Part shown: one piece after another, positions 15,907-24,854 of the stretch
Numbering within the stretch: position 1 is the first letter of the stretch
Layout of the letters: every line of letters begins with the position of its first letter
From: Nanobdella aerobiophila
Lineage (GTDB): Archaea > Nanobdellota > Nanobdellia > Nanobdellales > Nanobdellaceae
Direction of reading: 5' to 3'
DNA length: 32,000 nucleotides
NCBI RefSeq assembly: GCF_023169545.1
Contig: NZ_AP019769.1
Coordinates: forward strand, 540,001-572,000
Translations under genes and position numbers: made by a program
Notes under the pieces: generated by a model
The model's database searches: none
What the model was told of the DNA's origin: nothing
The model's input: the letters and a program-made list of their open reading frames with translations, nothing else

Positions 15907-16295
15907 GCATTCTCTTCTCCCTTTATATCTTCTACTGCAGACATTTGGTGTCCTCTCCATATCTTCACATATGCTGGTGTCGCTATAATCCAATCCTTAT
16001 TTACTGCTACAATATCCCCGCCAACGGCATCTACTACAGATTTTATTCTTGATACTACTCTTTTTGCTTCAATTAAATCTTTACTTGCATTTAGATTACT
16101 CAAATCTACAAATACTATAAAATTCCTCTCCCTTAATGAATCTACAACTGCCTTTACCTCTGAAGGATCTTTTAATCTAAATACTCTGACATATATCTTT
16201 ACTTCTTCTGCTTTTTGAGTTGGAACTACTTCTACATATTGATCAGTATTCTCTTCCTTCTTACCTTTAAATATATTTTTAAATGAGATCGCCAT
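15900..16295 (-). CDS. sepF: Cell division protein SepF homologue (FtsZ anchor)
   Basis: 131 aa. The C-terminal ~90 aa fit the SepF/DUF552 pattern (YVRVFRLKDPSEVKAVVDSLRERNFIVFVDLSNL...AKRVVSRIKSVVDAVGGDIVAVNKDWIIATPAYVKI). Confidence 0.65.
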   Translation of the reverse strand: MAISFKNIFKGKKEENTDQYVEVVPTQKAEEVKIYVRVFRLKDPSEVKAVVDSLRERNFIVFVDLSNLNASKDLIEAKRVVSRIKSVVDAVGGDIVAVNKDWIIATPAYVKIWRGHQMSAVEDIKGEENAQ

Positions 16296-16372
16296 ATACC
16301 TATATATTTCATTAGTATTTTTATAGATTTGTTTAATTATATTCTTTTATATTATTGATAATCAATAAAAAA

Positions 16373-16729
16373 TTACTTTTTTTCTAGATTGTCTCTTTTT
16401 ATAATATCCTCCAGTTCTTTTGTCAGTGCTGTTAATTTACCTTTATAAGATTCTGACTGCTTCTTTAAGCTATCTATCTTTATTCTAAATACTTCTTTTT
16501 CTTCCGATAATCTATCTAATACTTCCTTTTTATCTTTTTCTACTAAAACATTACCTACCATCATATATATCTTTTTACCTTCTGGTAAATTTTCTAATTC
16601 TTTTATAGCATTTTCTGCCTCATCTAAATCCTGATTTAACTTTGATATCTGCGCTTCTATAAATAAATAGGCTTGTCTTAATCTTTCATATTCCTCATAT
16701 TTTGAAGTCAATTCTTCCTCATTTACCAT
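16373..16729 (-). CDS. pfdB: Prefoldin beta subunit
   Basis: 118 aa. Two coiled-coil arms flank the central beta hairpins (KIYMMVGNVLVEKDKKEVLDRL). Confidence 0.8.
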   Translation of the reverse strand: MVNEEELTSKYEEYERLRQAYLFIEAQISKLNQDLDEAENAIKELENLPEGKKIYMMVGNVLVEKDKKEVLDRLSEEKEVFRIKIDSLKKQSESYKGKLTALTKELEDIIKRDNLEKK

Positions 16730-16758
16730 TCAATAAAATAATACAAAAAATATTTAAA

Positions 16759-18468
16759 TTATTTATGAAGATAGATAAAAGTATCTTTTTCCCTCTTTAG
16801 AAAACCATACCTTATAGCATGAATTACCTCTCCATCTTTTGTTAAGGTATATATATATCTTTCGGACAAACCTCTATACTTGCCATTTGATTCCCATAAA
16901 TTTATATATTCTTTATATTCATCTGGTATCCACTGAACAATCTTTGCATTAAATTTTTTAGCATCTTCAATAGTTTCAGATATATATTTTCCATATATAT
17001 TATTTCCATCTTTTATAATTTCTATATTGAAACCCTCCATTAATCTAAGGTATTTATTATTTATATCATTATTATCTATATATATAATATTCGAGTTTAT
17101 ATTATATTCTCTATTACCTAGATCTACTTCTGGATGATTTTTAATTATAATTTTCTTTGGTAAATCCAGATTTTCTATTCTTATTTTTACAGGATTTCTA
17201 AGTATAAAAAATCTTTTAGCGGTTTTATCATATATCTCTCTATTATAAGAATAAATTTTATCCCAATTAACATAAACATCTACTGGATTTATATTTATTT
17301 CAATGATATATTTTTTTATAGCTATATTTGATACTCCTCTTCTTTTTAATCCTCTTAGTGTTGGTATAAATGGATCGTCCCACCCAGATATTTTTCCTTC
17401 AGAAATTAATTTCTTTATTTCTGATTTATGTAATGGCATATCTTTAACTAAAAGAGAACCATAATTAATTACAGTCGGAAATTCCCACCCAAGATAATCA
17501 TAGATGTATTTCTGCTTTATAGAATTTACTTCATGTTCTTTCATTCTAAATATATGAGATACGCCCATTAAATGATCATCTATGGATACAGAAAAATTAT
17601 ATGCAGGCCATAACCAATATTTTTCTGCATAATTTTCTCCATATTTCCCTAATAAATATGGATGAATATTTTTTCTAGGATTTACAATCCTAAATGCAAT
17701 CCAATCCCTAACAGAAGGATTAGGATATGATAGATCTGTTTTTATTCTTATAACTGCCTGTTCCTCATCATATTCACCTGATAATATTCTATCAAATTGT
17801 TCAAGGTTCCATTCAACATCTTTATTCCTATATTCTGTTTCTATTCCTTGAAACCTATATTTTGATATAACCTCCTTTGGCGATAAATCTATATAAGCAA
17901 ATCCTTTCTCAAGTAATTCCTTAATATATCTATAATATATTTCTAGCCTCTCTGATTGTATATAAAATTCATCTATTCTGTCATCTATTAACCATTCTGT
18001 ATCATCTTTAATATAATTATAGACAGTAGGATCTGGCTTTTTTACTTTAGGATCTGTATCTTCAATCCTTAATATAAATTTTCCTTTATACATCCTTGCA
18101 TATTCATAATTTATTATTATTGCCCTCGCATGACCTATATGTAAAAATCCAGAAGGGTTTGGAGCAAACCTGGTTATAACTTTCCCCTGAACCGCATCTT
18201 CCAAGGATGGCAACCCTATTTTTTCTTCTTTCTTTTTTTCTTCCAATAATTCTGGATAATCCCTTTTTAAGATGTTATATGCATCTTCTATAGATATATT
18301 AATATATTTATCTGATATTTCCTTAACTTTTTGAATTATCTCTCTTATATTTTTCTTTAATTCTGGATCTTCATATATTAATTTTGATATGACAGAATTT
18401 ATATTTATATTTCCATATTTATATTTATTAAATAGTACCCACTTTTCTACTAATTTATCAAAATCCAT
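16759..18468 (-). CDS. gltX: Glutamyl-tRNA synthetase (archaeal type, presumably non-discriminating)
   Basis: 569 aa. Class I HIGH motif RFAPNPSGFLHIGHARA. Length and layout fit archaeal GluRS. The presence of gatD implies the indirect Gln-tRNA pathway. Confidence 0.9.
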   Translation of the reverse strand: MDFDKLVEKWVLFNKYKYGNININSVISKLIYEDPELKKNIREIIQKVKEISDKYINISIEDAYNILKRDYPELLEEKKKEEKIGLPSLEDAVQGKVITRFAPNPSGFLHIGHARAIIINYEYARMYKGKFILRIEDTDPKVKKPDPTVYNYIKDDTEWLIDDRIDEFYIQSERLEIYYRYIKELLEKGFAYIDLSPKEVISKYRFQGIETEYRNKDVEWNLEQFDRILSGEYDEEQAVIRIKTDLSYPNPSVRDWIAFRIVNPRKNIHPYLLGKYGENYAEKYWLWPAYNFSVSIDDHLMGVSHIFRMKEHEVNSIKQKYIYDYLGWEFPTVINYGSLLVKDMPLHKSEIKKLISEGKISGWDDPFIPTLRGLKRRGVSNIAIKKYIIEININPVDVYVNWDKIYSYNREIYDKTAKRFFILRNPVKIRIENLDLPKKIIIKNHPEVDLGNREYNINSNIIYIDNNDINNKYLRLMEGFNIEIIKDGNNIYGKYISETIEDAKKFNAKIVQWIPDEYKEYINLWESNGKYRGLSERYIYTLTKDGEVIHAIRYGFLKREKDTFIYLHK

Positions 18469-18469
18469 C

Positions 18470-18673
18470 TTAAAATATTTTTATTGCCCACTTACCCTCT
18501 TTAAAATTATATTTTTTAGCGACTTCAGACCTTTCTTCATTTACTATTAATACAAAACCCGAAAAATCCTCGGCTAAATCTGTAGATCCACAATAAGGAC
18601 ATTTATTTGCATCTTTATTTATTATAGCCTTACAATTCCTACAAATCTTCCTTTTTGGTTTTCTATATACCAT
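18470..18673 (-). CDS. spt4: Transcription elongation factor Spt4 (RpoE'')
   Basis: 67 aa. CRNCKAII...CPYCGS zinc ribbon plus a FSGFVLIV tail. Located immediately downstream of rpo7, as in most archaea. Confidence 0.8.
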   Translation of the reverse strand: MVYRKPKRKICRNCKAIINKDANKCPYCGSTDLAEDFSGFVLIVNEERSEVAKKYNFKEGKWAIKIF

Positions 18674-19218
18674 TATTTTTTAGATTTATTCTTATTTTCT
18701 AGCCATTCTATCTTCCCCAAGCCTGGTTGTTTCATTGTTAAAGCAACTCTCGCTGTAGATAAACCTTTATAACTAACACTGGTTATCCTAGCCTTGACCA
18801 GATCATTGACCTTTAATACCTTTTTTGTATTTTTTCCAACCAATGCTTCTTTACCTGATATAGATATATCATCATCCATTATTTGTGATATATGAACTAG
18901 GCCATCTATTGGTCCTATATTCACAAATACACCAAAGTCTGCAACAGAAGATATATAACCGTATACTAATTCTGATACCATCGGTATATATGATATAACT
19001 GTAAATTTAACCCTATAATATATACCTCCATCTTCTGAGATAAGTATACCTTCTGATATATTATCTATAGACTTTATAGTAACTATAATTCCATAATCTT
19101 TACTTACATTACCTATATAAGAATTTATTAGTGCCTTCTCAATCATCTCACTAACATCTTCCTGTATATCTGACGGTGGTATTCTTACGACATCATTAAG
19201 CTGAATTTCATAAAACAT
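18673..19218 (-). CDS. rpoE: DNA-directed RNA polymerase subunit E' (Rpo7)
   Basis: 181 aa. N-terminal MFYEIQLNDVVRIPPSDI pattern and a C-terminal S1 domain (GYISSVADFGVFVNIGPIDGLVHISQI). Confidence 0.85.
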   Translation of the reverse strand: MFYEIQLNDVVRIPPSDIQEDVSEMIEKALINSYIGNVSKDYGIIVTIKSIDNISEGILISEDGGIYYRVKFTVISYIPMVSELVYGYISSVADFGVFVNIGPIDGLVHISQIMDDDISISGKEALVGKNTKKVLKVNDLVKARITSVSYKGLSTARVALTMKQPGLGKIEWLENKNKSKK

Positions 19219-19283
19219 TATTAAATCATCTTATAAACTTTTATAAATTTTGATTTTTAATTTTTATATCATAATTATAGATT

Positions 19284-20675
19284 ATGTCAATATTTGCAGA
19301 TAAATTAATTAAATATTATAATGAAAATAAGGAAATAGTTGATGATATTATAACTATATCACAAAATAGAGAAGTAGGATATTTATTATCTAATGGTTCA
19401 TTTGGTTATAGACCGTCCAAGATCGATTCGAAAGAGGATATAATAAACTTTATCAAAAAAGGTGCAATTTCATTTCATATTTCAATAGAAAGATGGGTTG
19501 ATTTAGATATACTTAAGGAAAAATCCTCAAAAAGAGAAGTAGATGATTATAGACTTGGTTGGGATTTTATAATTGATATAGATTCTAAATCCTTAGACCT
19601 ATCAAAGGTAGCAGCAAAAATAATAGTAGATTACATAAACGAAAAAAATATTTCTCCATTTTACATAAAATATTCTGGAGGAAAAGGATTTCACATAGCA
19701 ATACCATGGGAAATATTTCCAAAAACGTTGAATATAGAAAAAAAAGGAGAGATAATTGAAGAAGAAACTAGAAAACTATTTCCTGATCTAGCAAGATATA
19801 TCGCACTATATATAGCAAATGAAGTAAAAGATAAATTATCAAAAACAATAACAATAAAATTTAGTGAAGAGGAGCTAAAAAATTTTGGAATTGATAATAT
19901 GGATAATTTTGATCCATATAAGATAGTAGAAATAGATACAATATTAATTTCTTCAAGACATCTGTTTAGATCTATATACTCTATAAATGAAAAGACGGGT
20001 AATTTATCTATACCAATAAAATATAATTATATAAGTAAATTAGATCCAAAGGATGCTAATATAGATAATTATTATTATGAAAATGTACCATATTTAACAG
20101 AAGAATTAAAAAAAGAAGAAAATAAGAACTTTAAGGATCTTATCCATGCATCATTACTATTCAAAGCAAATAATGAGATAAATATAAACCAAATGATAAG
20201 ATCTGCCCATGAATACAAAGACAATAGAGAAAATAAAGAGATTGAAAAGGATATAAAGTATATAAAAAACAAAAATTTAAATATAACCGAAGAATTATTC
20301 CCTCCATGTATAAAAAATATATTAAATAATAAGGAAACTGAAGATGGTAGAAAAAGAGCCGTATTTATATTAATTAATTTTTTAGCTAATATAGGCTGGG
20401 ACTGGGATAAAATAGAAAAATATGTAAATGATTGGAACCGAAACCTTGCTGATCCTCTAAAAGATAGATATATTGAATACCAAATCAATTGGCATAAAAA
20501 GATATTCAAAGAAAATAAAAAATATTTAACTCCAAATTGTAGTAATGAAATATATTATAAAGATATTGGAATATGCACACCAGATGATATATGTAAACTT
20601 ATAAAGAATCCAATATCTTACCCAATTAAAAAAATTAAGAATTCAAAATATTCTCAGGATTCTCAAAATAATTGA
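19284..20675 (+). CDS. DNA primase, single-chain PriS catalytic domain fused to a PriL-CTD-like four-Cys domain
   Basis: 463 aa. AEP motifs FIIDIDSK (DxD), YSGGKGFHIAIPW and ISSRHLFRSIYSINEKTG. The C-terminal ~130 aa begin at FPPCIKNIL and carry four Cys in total (PPC, PNC, GIC, DIC), resembling the Fe-S domain of the primase large subunit. Confidence 0.75.
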   Translation: MSIFADKLIKYYNENKEIVDDIITISQNREVGYLLSNGSFGYRPSKIDSKEDIINFIKKGAISFHISIERWVDLDILKEKSSKREVDDYRLGWDFIIDIDSKSLDLSKVAAKIIVDYINEKNISPFYIKYSGGKGFHIAIPWEIFPKTLNIEKKGEIIEEETRKLFPDLARYIALYIANEVKDKLSKTITIKFSEEELKNFGIDNMDNFDPYKIVEIDTILISSRHLFRSIYSINEKTGNLSIPIKYNYISKLDPKDANIDNYYYENVPYLTEELKKEENKNFKDLIHASLLFKANNEININQMIRSAHEYKDNRENKEIEKDIKYIKNKNLNITEELFPPCIKNILNNKETEDGRKRAVFILINFLANIGWDWDKIEKYVNDWNRNLADPLKDRYIEYQINWHKKIFKENKKYLTPNCSNEIYYKDIGICTPDDICKLIKNPISYPIKKIKNSKYSQDSQNN

Positions 20676-21021
20676 TATAAAATTTTAAATCTTCTAAATA
20701 CTTTCTTATATTTTCTATTTCCGATACTCTAAAATAATTAAAGAACCTCTTCCTATAAATATCATTTATTATTATACCTTCGGACTCTAATAAATTTCTT
20801 ATATACTTATATAATTTATTCCCTTTTTTATCATTATCAGTCAATATTATTGCTTTTTTATAATCAATATATATATTTTCACATTTTTTTAGCTCATAAA
20901 TAGTATATACATTCATTATTCCTAAATAAGTCAAAACTTCTTTATCCTTCTTCCCCTCTACAATAATAGCTGTATCTCTCATATATTTTATCGAATATAA
21001 AAAAGATATAGCACCTTTCAT
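20635..21021 (-). CDS. Small Toprim-domain protein (COG1658/RNase M5-like)
   Basis: 128 aa. AIIVEGKKDKEVL (conserved Glu) and AIILTDNDKKGNKLY (DxD) Toprim motifs. Convergent 41-nt overlap with the primase gene. Confidence 0.6.
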   Translation of the reverse strand: MKGAISFLYSIKYMRDTAIIVEGKKDKEVLTYLGIMNVYTIYELKKCENIYIDYKKAIILTDNDKKGNKLYKYIRNLLESEGIIINDIYRKRFFNYFRVSEIENIRKYLEDLKFYINYFENPENILNS

Positions 21022-21096
21022 AATTATTCTTATATTTAATAATATTTAAATCTTAAATAGAAAAAGGTTATATTTTTCAATATACTTAGTTCTATA

Positions 21097-21582
21097 ATGC
21101 CACCAAAGGATAGAGTTGTAGATGGTAAAACATTCTCATACACAGGATTAATTGACTTCCAATTATTCTATAAATCATTGAAAGAATTTTGGGATAATAA
21201 AGGATTCGATTTTTTAGAAAATAAACATGAAGAAAAGGTAAAAGATGATGGATCTAGATCAATAAGTTTAGATTGGCATACAGAAAAAAAAGTTACTGAT
21301 TATGTTACTTATAGTTATGATATTTCGATAAATATAGATAGTCTAAAGATCTTAGAAAATAATAAACAATATATAGAAAACCTAAATATCAAGATAAATG
21401 GAGATATTATAACAGATTATCAAAAATATTTTGGAGATAAACCTTTTAATATATTCTTGAGGAGTTTATTTGAAAGATATTTATATGATAGTGAATTAAA
21501 AGAACATAAAAAAAGTATATCAAAAATTGGAGATGAATTCCTAAATTTAGCAAAAGATTTTAGTGCTTCATTTAAATTATGA
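21097..21582 (+). CDS. Hypothetical protein (first of a tandem pair)
   Basis: 161 aa and soluble. No motif recognised. ATGA coupling to the next gene. Confidence 0.45.
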   Translation: MPPKDRVVDGKTFSYTGLIDFQLFYKSLKEFWDNKGFDFLENKHEEKVKDDGSRSISLDWHTEKKVTDYVTYSYDISINIDSLKILENNKQYIENLNIKINGDIITDYQKYFGDKPFNIFLRSLFERYLYDSELKEHKKSISKIGDEFLNLAKDFSASFKL

Positions 21583-22118
21583 GCGATTGGATAAAAATAT
21601 ATGAAACTAGGGTAAAATCAAAAATAAAATTTATACCACAGGATTTTTATGAAAAATTCAAAAAAACATTAGAAAAGGATAATTGGACTGGTATTTTTGG
21701 AAAGGATAGATATGAGAAATACTACTATCATAAATTAACTCAAGAAGGGATATTATTTGTAGAATCCCAATGGGAATTAAATAAAAACTATTGGAAAGAG
21801 GAACCAAAAATAGATTGGAAACTAGAAATATCAATAATCATAAATGGATATAATTTAAGTACTATGGTAGGAGATCTTGATATAGGTATAAAAACTTCAC
21901 ATAAAATTGAAGATTTTAAAGATTTAGAACCCAAAACTAAAGTTGAAAATATATTAATGATAATTGGATTTAAAGATATAAAAGAAAATTTAAAAAAGAA
22001 TTTAGAAAAGGTTAGAAGTAAAAATAAATTATCTGACCTATCTAAAAGAGACTTACAACTAAAGTCTGAAAAAATAAAGAGTTGGATACTAGATTACTTT
22101 AAATTATATAAATATTAG
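21579..22118 (+). CDS. Hypothetical protein (second of the tandem pair, probable distant paralogue)
   Basis: 179 aa. By-eye similarity to the upstream ORF: I-x-x-x-FY-x-x-x-K, then EK, then W-x-x-x-K, then an I-S-I-x-I strand, then a Lys-rich C-terminal helix. Confidence 0.45.
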   Translation: MSDWIKIYETRVKSKIKFIPQDFYEKFKKTLEKDNWTGIFGKDRYEKYYYHKLTQEGILFVESQWELNKNYWKEEPKIDWKLEISIIINGYNLSTMVGDLDIGIKTSHKIEDFKDLEPKTKVENILMIIGFKDIKENLKKNLEKVRSKNKLSDLSKRDLQLKSEKIKSWILDYFKLYKY

Positions 22119-22489
22119 ATATTAAAAACTTCTATATTTAACTCCTTAGCCCTATTAATTATTTCTTGCCTTTTCTTTTTTCCAACAGTTCTAGCAATTA
22201 TTGCCGATTCTCTATCTTTATCTATTTTTTCTAAATCCATGGTATTATATACTAATCTTCCCATTTTACCATTTGGTAATAGATTCCTAACAACTTTTGG
22301 AGAACCATAACCTACCTCTACCATCTTATGCCTTCCTTTTAGTCTCCTTCTTACTTTACTATGTATACCCCTTGGTCTTCTCCAAGAATCTTTATTATTT
22401 TTTTGTGATATTACTTTCCACCATTGTAACCTAAAATAATTTGGCTTTCTTAATTTTATTCTTCTCCTTAACTTTAATAAATTGCTCAT
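22115..22489 (-). CDS. rpl32e: 50S ribosomal protein L32e (eL32)
   Basis: WRRPRGIHSKVRRRLKG signature. 124 aa. Confidence 0.9.
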   Translation of the reverse strand: MSNLLKLRRRIKLRKPNYFRLQWWKVISQKNNKDSWRRPRGIHSKVRRRLKGRHKMVEVGYGSPKVVRNLLPNGKMGRLVYNTMDLEKIDKDRESAIIARTVGKKKRQEIINRAKELNIEVFNI

Positions 22490-23022
22490 GGTTTTTTAAC
22501 TATGAAAATTCCGTCCTGGAATTTCCTTAAATCTTTTTCTTTTGGCCTTACCGAATTCTCTATTAATCCAGCTAAATTACCCAATAGCTCTATATTATAT
22601 CCTTCTATAGAGATCTCGTTTTCCTTAATATTTATCTTAATATCTTTTGGTATCTCTATCTCTTTTATATCTCTTCCACCCATATAATTTTCTATTAATA
22701 ATTTATTATTTTTATCCAATTTTATCTTCAGAGGAAAATGAACAGATATTGATCTTAATATATATCTATATCCATTAACTAATCCATTAATATCATTCCT
22801 TAGATGCGCAGATAATGTATATAAGTTCTTTATAATCCTTTTAGATGGAAAATATGCTTTTATCACAAGATAATCATTTTCTTTTATAATAATTATATTA
22901 TTATCGTTTATCTTTCTCTCTATGGTACCCTTATTTCCTTTCAATATTATTTTATTATTATCTATATTTATATCTATATTTTCTGGTATCTTAATCTTTT
23001 CCATAACTACAGGTGATCTCAT
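22486..23022 (-). CDS. rpl6: 50S ribosomal protein L6 (uL6)
   Basis: 178 aa. Duplicated L6 module (IKIPENIDINIDNNKIILKGNKGTIE... / IEIPKDIKINIKENEISIEG). Position between L5 and L32e. Confidence 0.85.
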   Translation of the reverse strand: MRSPVVMEKIKIPENIDINIDNNKIILKGNKGTIERKINDNNIIIIKENDYLVIKAYFPSKRIIKNLYTLSAHLRNDINGLVNGYRYILRSISVHFPLKIKLDKNNKLLIENYMGGRDIKEIEIPKDIKINIKENEISIEGYNIELLGNLAGLIENSVRPKEKDLRKFQDGIFIVKKP

Positions 23023-23053
23023 CTTATCATTATATTACCAAAATATTAAAAAA

Positions 23054-23581
23054 TTATTCTGATATATTCACCTTGAACTTTTCTTTTAAAAATTTTATTA
23101 CATCATCCTTATTAGTTCTATGATTTGATCTTATCTTCGATCTTTTTATTCTTCTATATTGTACCCTATATCCTGGTCTCTTTACAGTTACTATAACATC
23201 CATACCGTATATACCAATATCAGGATCATATTTTAAACCAGGAATCCATACATATTCTTTTATGCCGAATCCAAAATTTCCATACTGATCAAACTGAGAA
23301 TTATTTAGTGTATTATTTACAGATTTTAATAGCCAACTTAATACTTCTTCTGCTTTCTTACCCCTTATAGTAACCTTTACACCTATCTCTAATCCAGGCC
23401 TTATACCCCATGTTTGTATTCTCTTTTTGGCCTTTGTCCTTACAGGTTTTAGATCTGGAAACATCTTCTTTAATAACTTTTCGGCTTTTTCTAAAGGTTC
23501 ACCAGGTTTTCCTACTCCAATATTTATAGTTACCTTGTCTATTATTATTCTTCTCATAATATTATCTTTGTTTTGATTCAT
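23054..23581 (-). CDS. rpl5: 50S ribosomal protein L5 (uL5)
   Basis: MRRIIIDKVTINIGVG...GIRPGLEIGVKVTIRG...FGIKEYV pattern. 175 aa. Confidence 0.9.
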   Translation of the reverse strand: MNQNKDNIMRRIIIDKVTINIGVGKPGEPLEKAEKLLKKMFPDLKPVRTKAKKRIQTWGIRPGLEIGVKVTIRGKKAEEVLSWLLKSVNNTLNNSQFDQYGNFGFGIKEYVWIPGLKYDPDIGIYGMDVIVTVKRPGYRVQYRRIKRSKIRSNHRTNKDDVIKFLKEKFKVNISE

Positions 23582-24309
23582 TGTATTTTAATTATTGGTT
23601 CTTTTTCGCCTACAACCATTGCATAATCATATATTGTTTGATCTTTACTATTATTATTCAGATTTTGAAATTCTATAATACGATTATTACCAAAGGTTCT
23701 CTTAAATATTCTAATCGACTCCAATTTTCCAACCGAACCTGCCTTGGCACCATAAAAAACATATATTATACTACCTTCTCCTATCTTTAATATATTTGAT
23801 ATTTTATTGCTAACTGTATTTATTACTAAGCTATCCCCTACTTTTATATCTTTATTATCTATTATATAATTATGCCCATCTATTGTAGTAAGCTGTATTT
23901 TTCCATTTTTAATTAAACTCTTTTTCACTATCCTAACTATCTTTATATCTTTTTCTTCTTCAGGTATTTCTAATAACTTTAATTTCAAATTACTAGATAT
24001 TAAAACTCTATAATACTTTTTCAGTTCCGGAAATTGTATAACATCAAATATACCAACTGAATAGCCAAGATCATTTAATTTTTTATTATTTACCAATACC
24101 CTACCAGATTTAATCAAATATAAAGCTTCTTTCTTATCTTTGGCCAATTTCAAATAATCCCTTAACCATAATAATATAGGCATTGAATAATTAAATTTAT
24201 ATCCAGTGGTAGTTGGTCTTATTATCCAATATCTATTCTTTCTACTTATAGGCCAAGTTTTAGGGGCTGTTATAGCCCTTAAATGTCTTTTATTAGAAAT
24301 ATTAGCCAT
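23578..24309 (-). CDS. rps4e: 30S ribosomal protein S4e (eS4)
   Basis: KRHLRAITAPKTWPISRK...MPILLWLRDYLKLA...GIFDVIQF pattern. 243 aa. Confidence 0.9.
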   Translation of the reverse strand: MANISNKRHLRAITAPKTWPISRKNRYWIIRPTTTGYKFNYSMPILLWLRDYLKLAKDKKEALYLIKSGRVLVNNKKLNDLGYSVGIFDVIQFPELKKYYRVLISSNLKLKLLEIPEEEKDIKIVRIVKKSLIKNGKIQLTTIDGHNYIIDNKDIKVGDSLVINTVSNKISNILKIGEGSIIYVFYGAKAGSVGKLESIRIFKRTFGNNRIIEFQNLNNNSKDQTIYDYAMVVGEKEPIIKIQ

Positions 24310-24340
24310 TGTATTTTTAATTTATGAAATTTTTTTAAAC

Positions 24341-24853
24341 CTACTTAAATTTTTTATTAAGCTCCAAAACTTTGCTTAATTCTTCATCCTTTACAGAATA
24401 ATTATCAATTAGTGAGTTTATTTTATCTTCTGGTATATTTTTAGATCTCATCTTTCTCTTTATAGCTTCTAATCTTTCTTTATCTTTTAAATTCAATCTT
24501 AGTATAAGTAACTTTGAATAATGTATTGGTCTATATCTTTCTTGTCCCTTTTTTGTACTAAATTTTGCATTATCAATATATACCTTATACCTTTTCCTGT
24601 CAATATAGAACACAAAACCTTCCACTTTCCTATATTTACCCCTTAATATTTTCACATAATCTCCAACCCTCAAAGAAAGTGAATTTACACCAATTATATT
24701 TTTTATATCTTTAGACAACATTGAGGATATTATCTTTCCTCTAATATGCAATGGTGCATTTATTAAATATTTCCTTTGCTTCTTTGGTTTGATAGAAGAT
24801 TTCCAAGATTTGCTCCAATTAGAATAATCTATAGAACTATATCTTAATACCAT
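24341..24853 (-). CDS. rpl24: 50S ribosomal protein L24 (uL24) with N- and C-terminal extensions
   Basis: KPKKQRKYLINAPLHIRGKIISSMLSKDI and a KOW motif (VGDYVKILRGKYRKVEG). 170 aa, against the ~120 aa typical of archaea. Confidence 0.85.
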   Translation of the reverse strand: MVLRYSSIDYSNWSKSWKSSIKPKKQRKYLINAPLHIRGKIISSMLSKDIKNIIGVNSLSLRVGDYVKILRGKYRKVEGFVFYIDRKRYKVYIDNAKFSTKKGQERYRPIHYSKLLILRLNLKDKERLEAIKRKMRSKNIPEDKINSLIDNYSVKDEELSKVLELNKKFK

Positions 24854-24854
24854 C

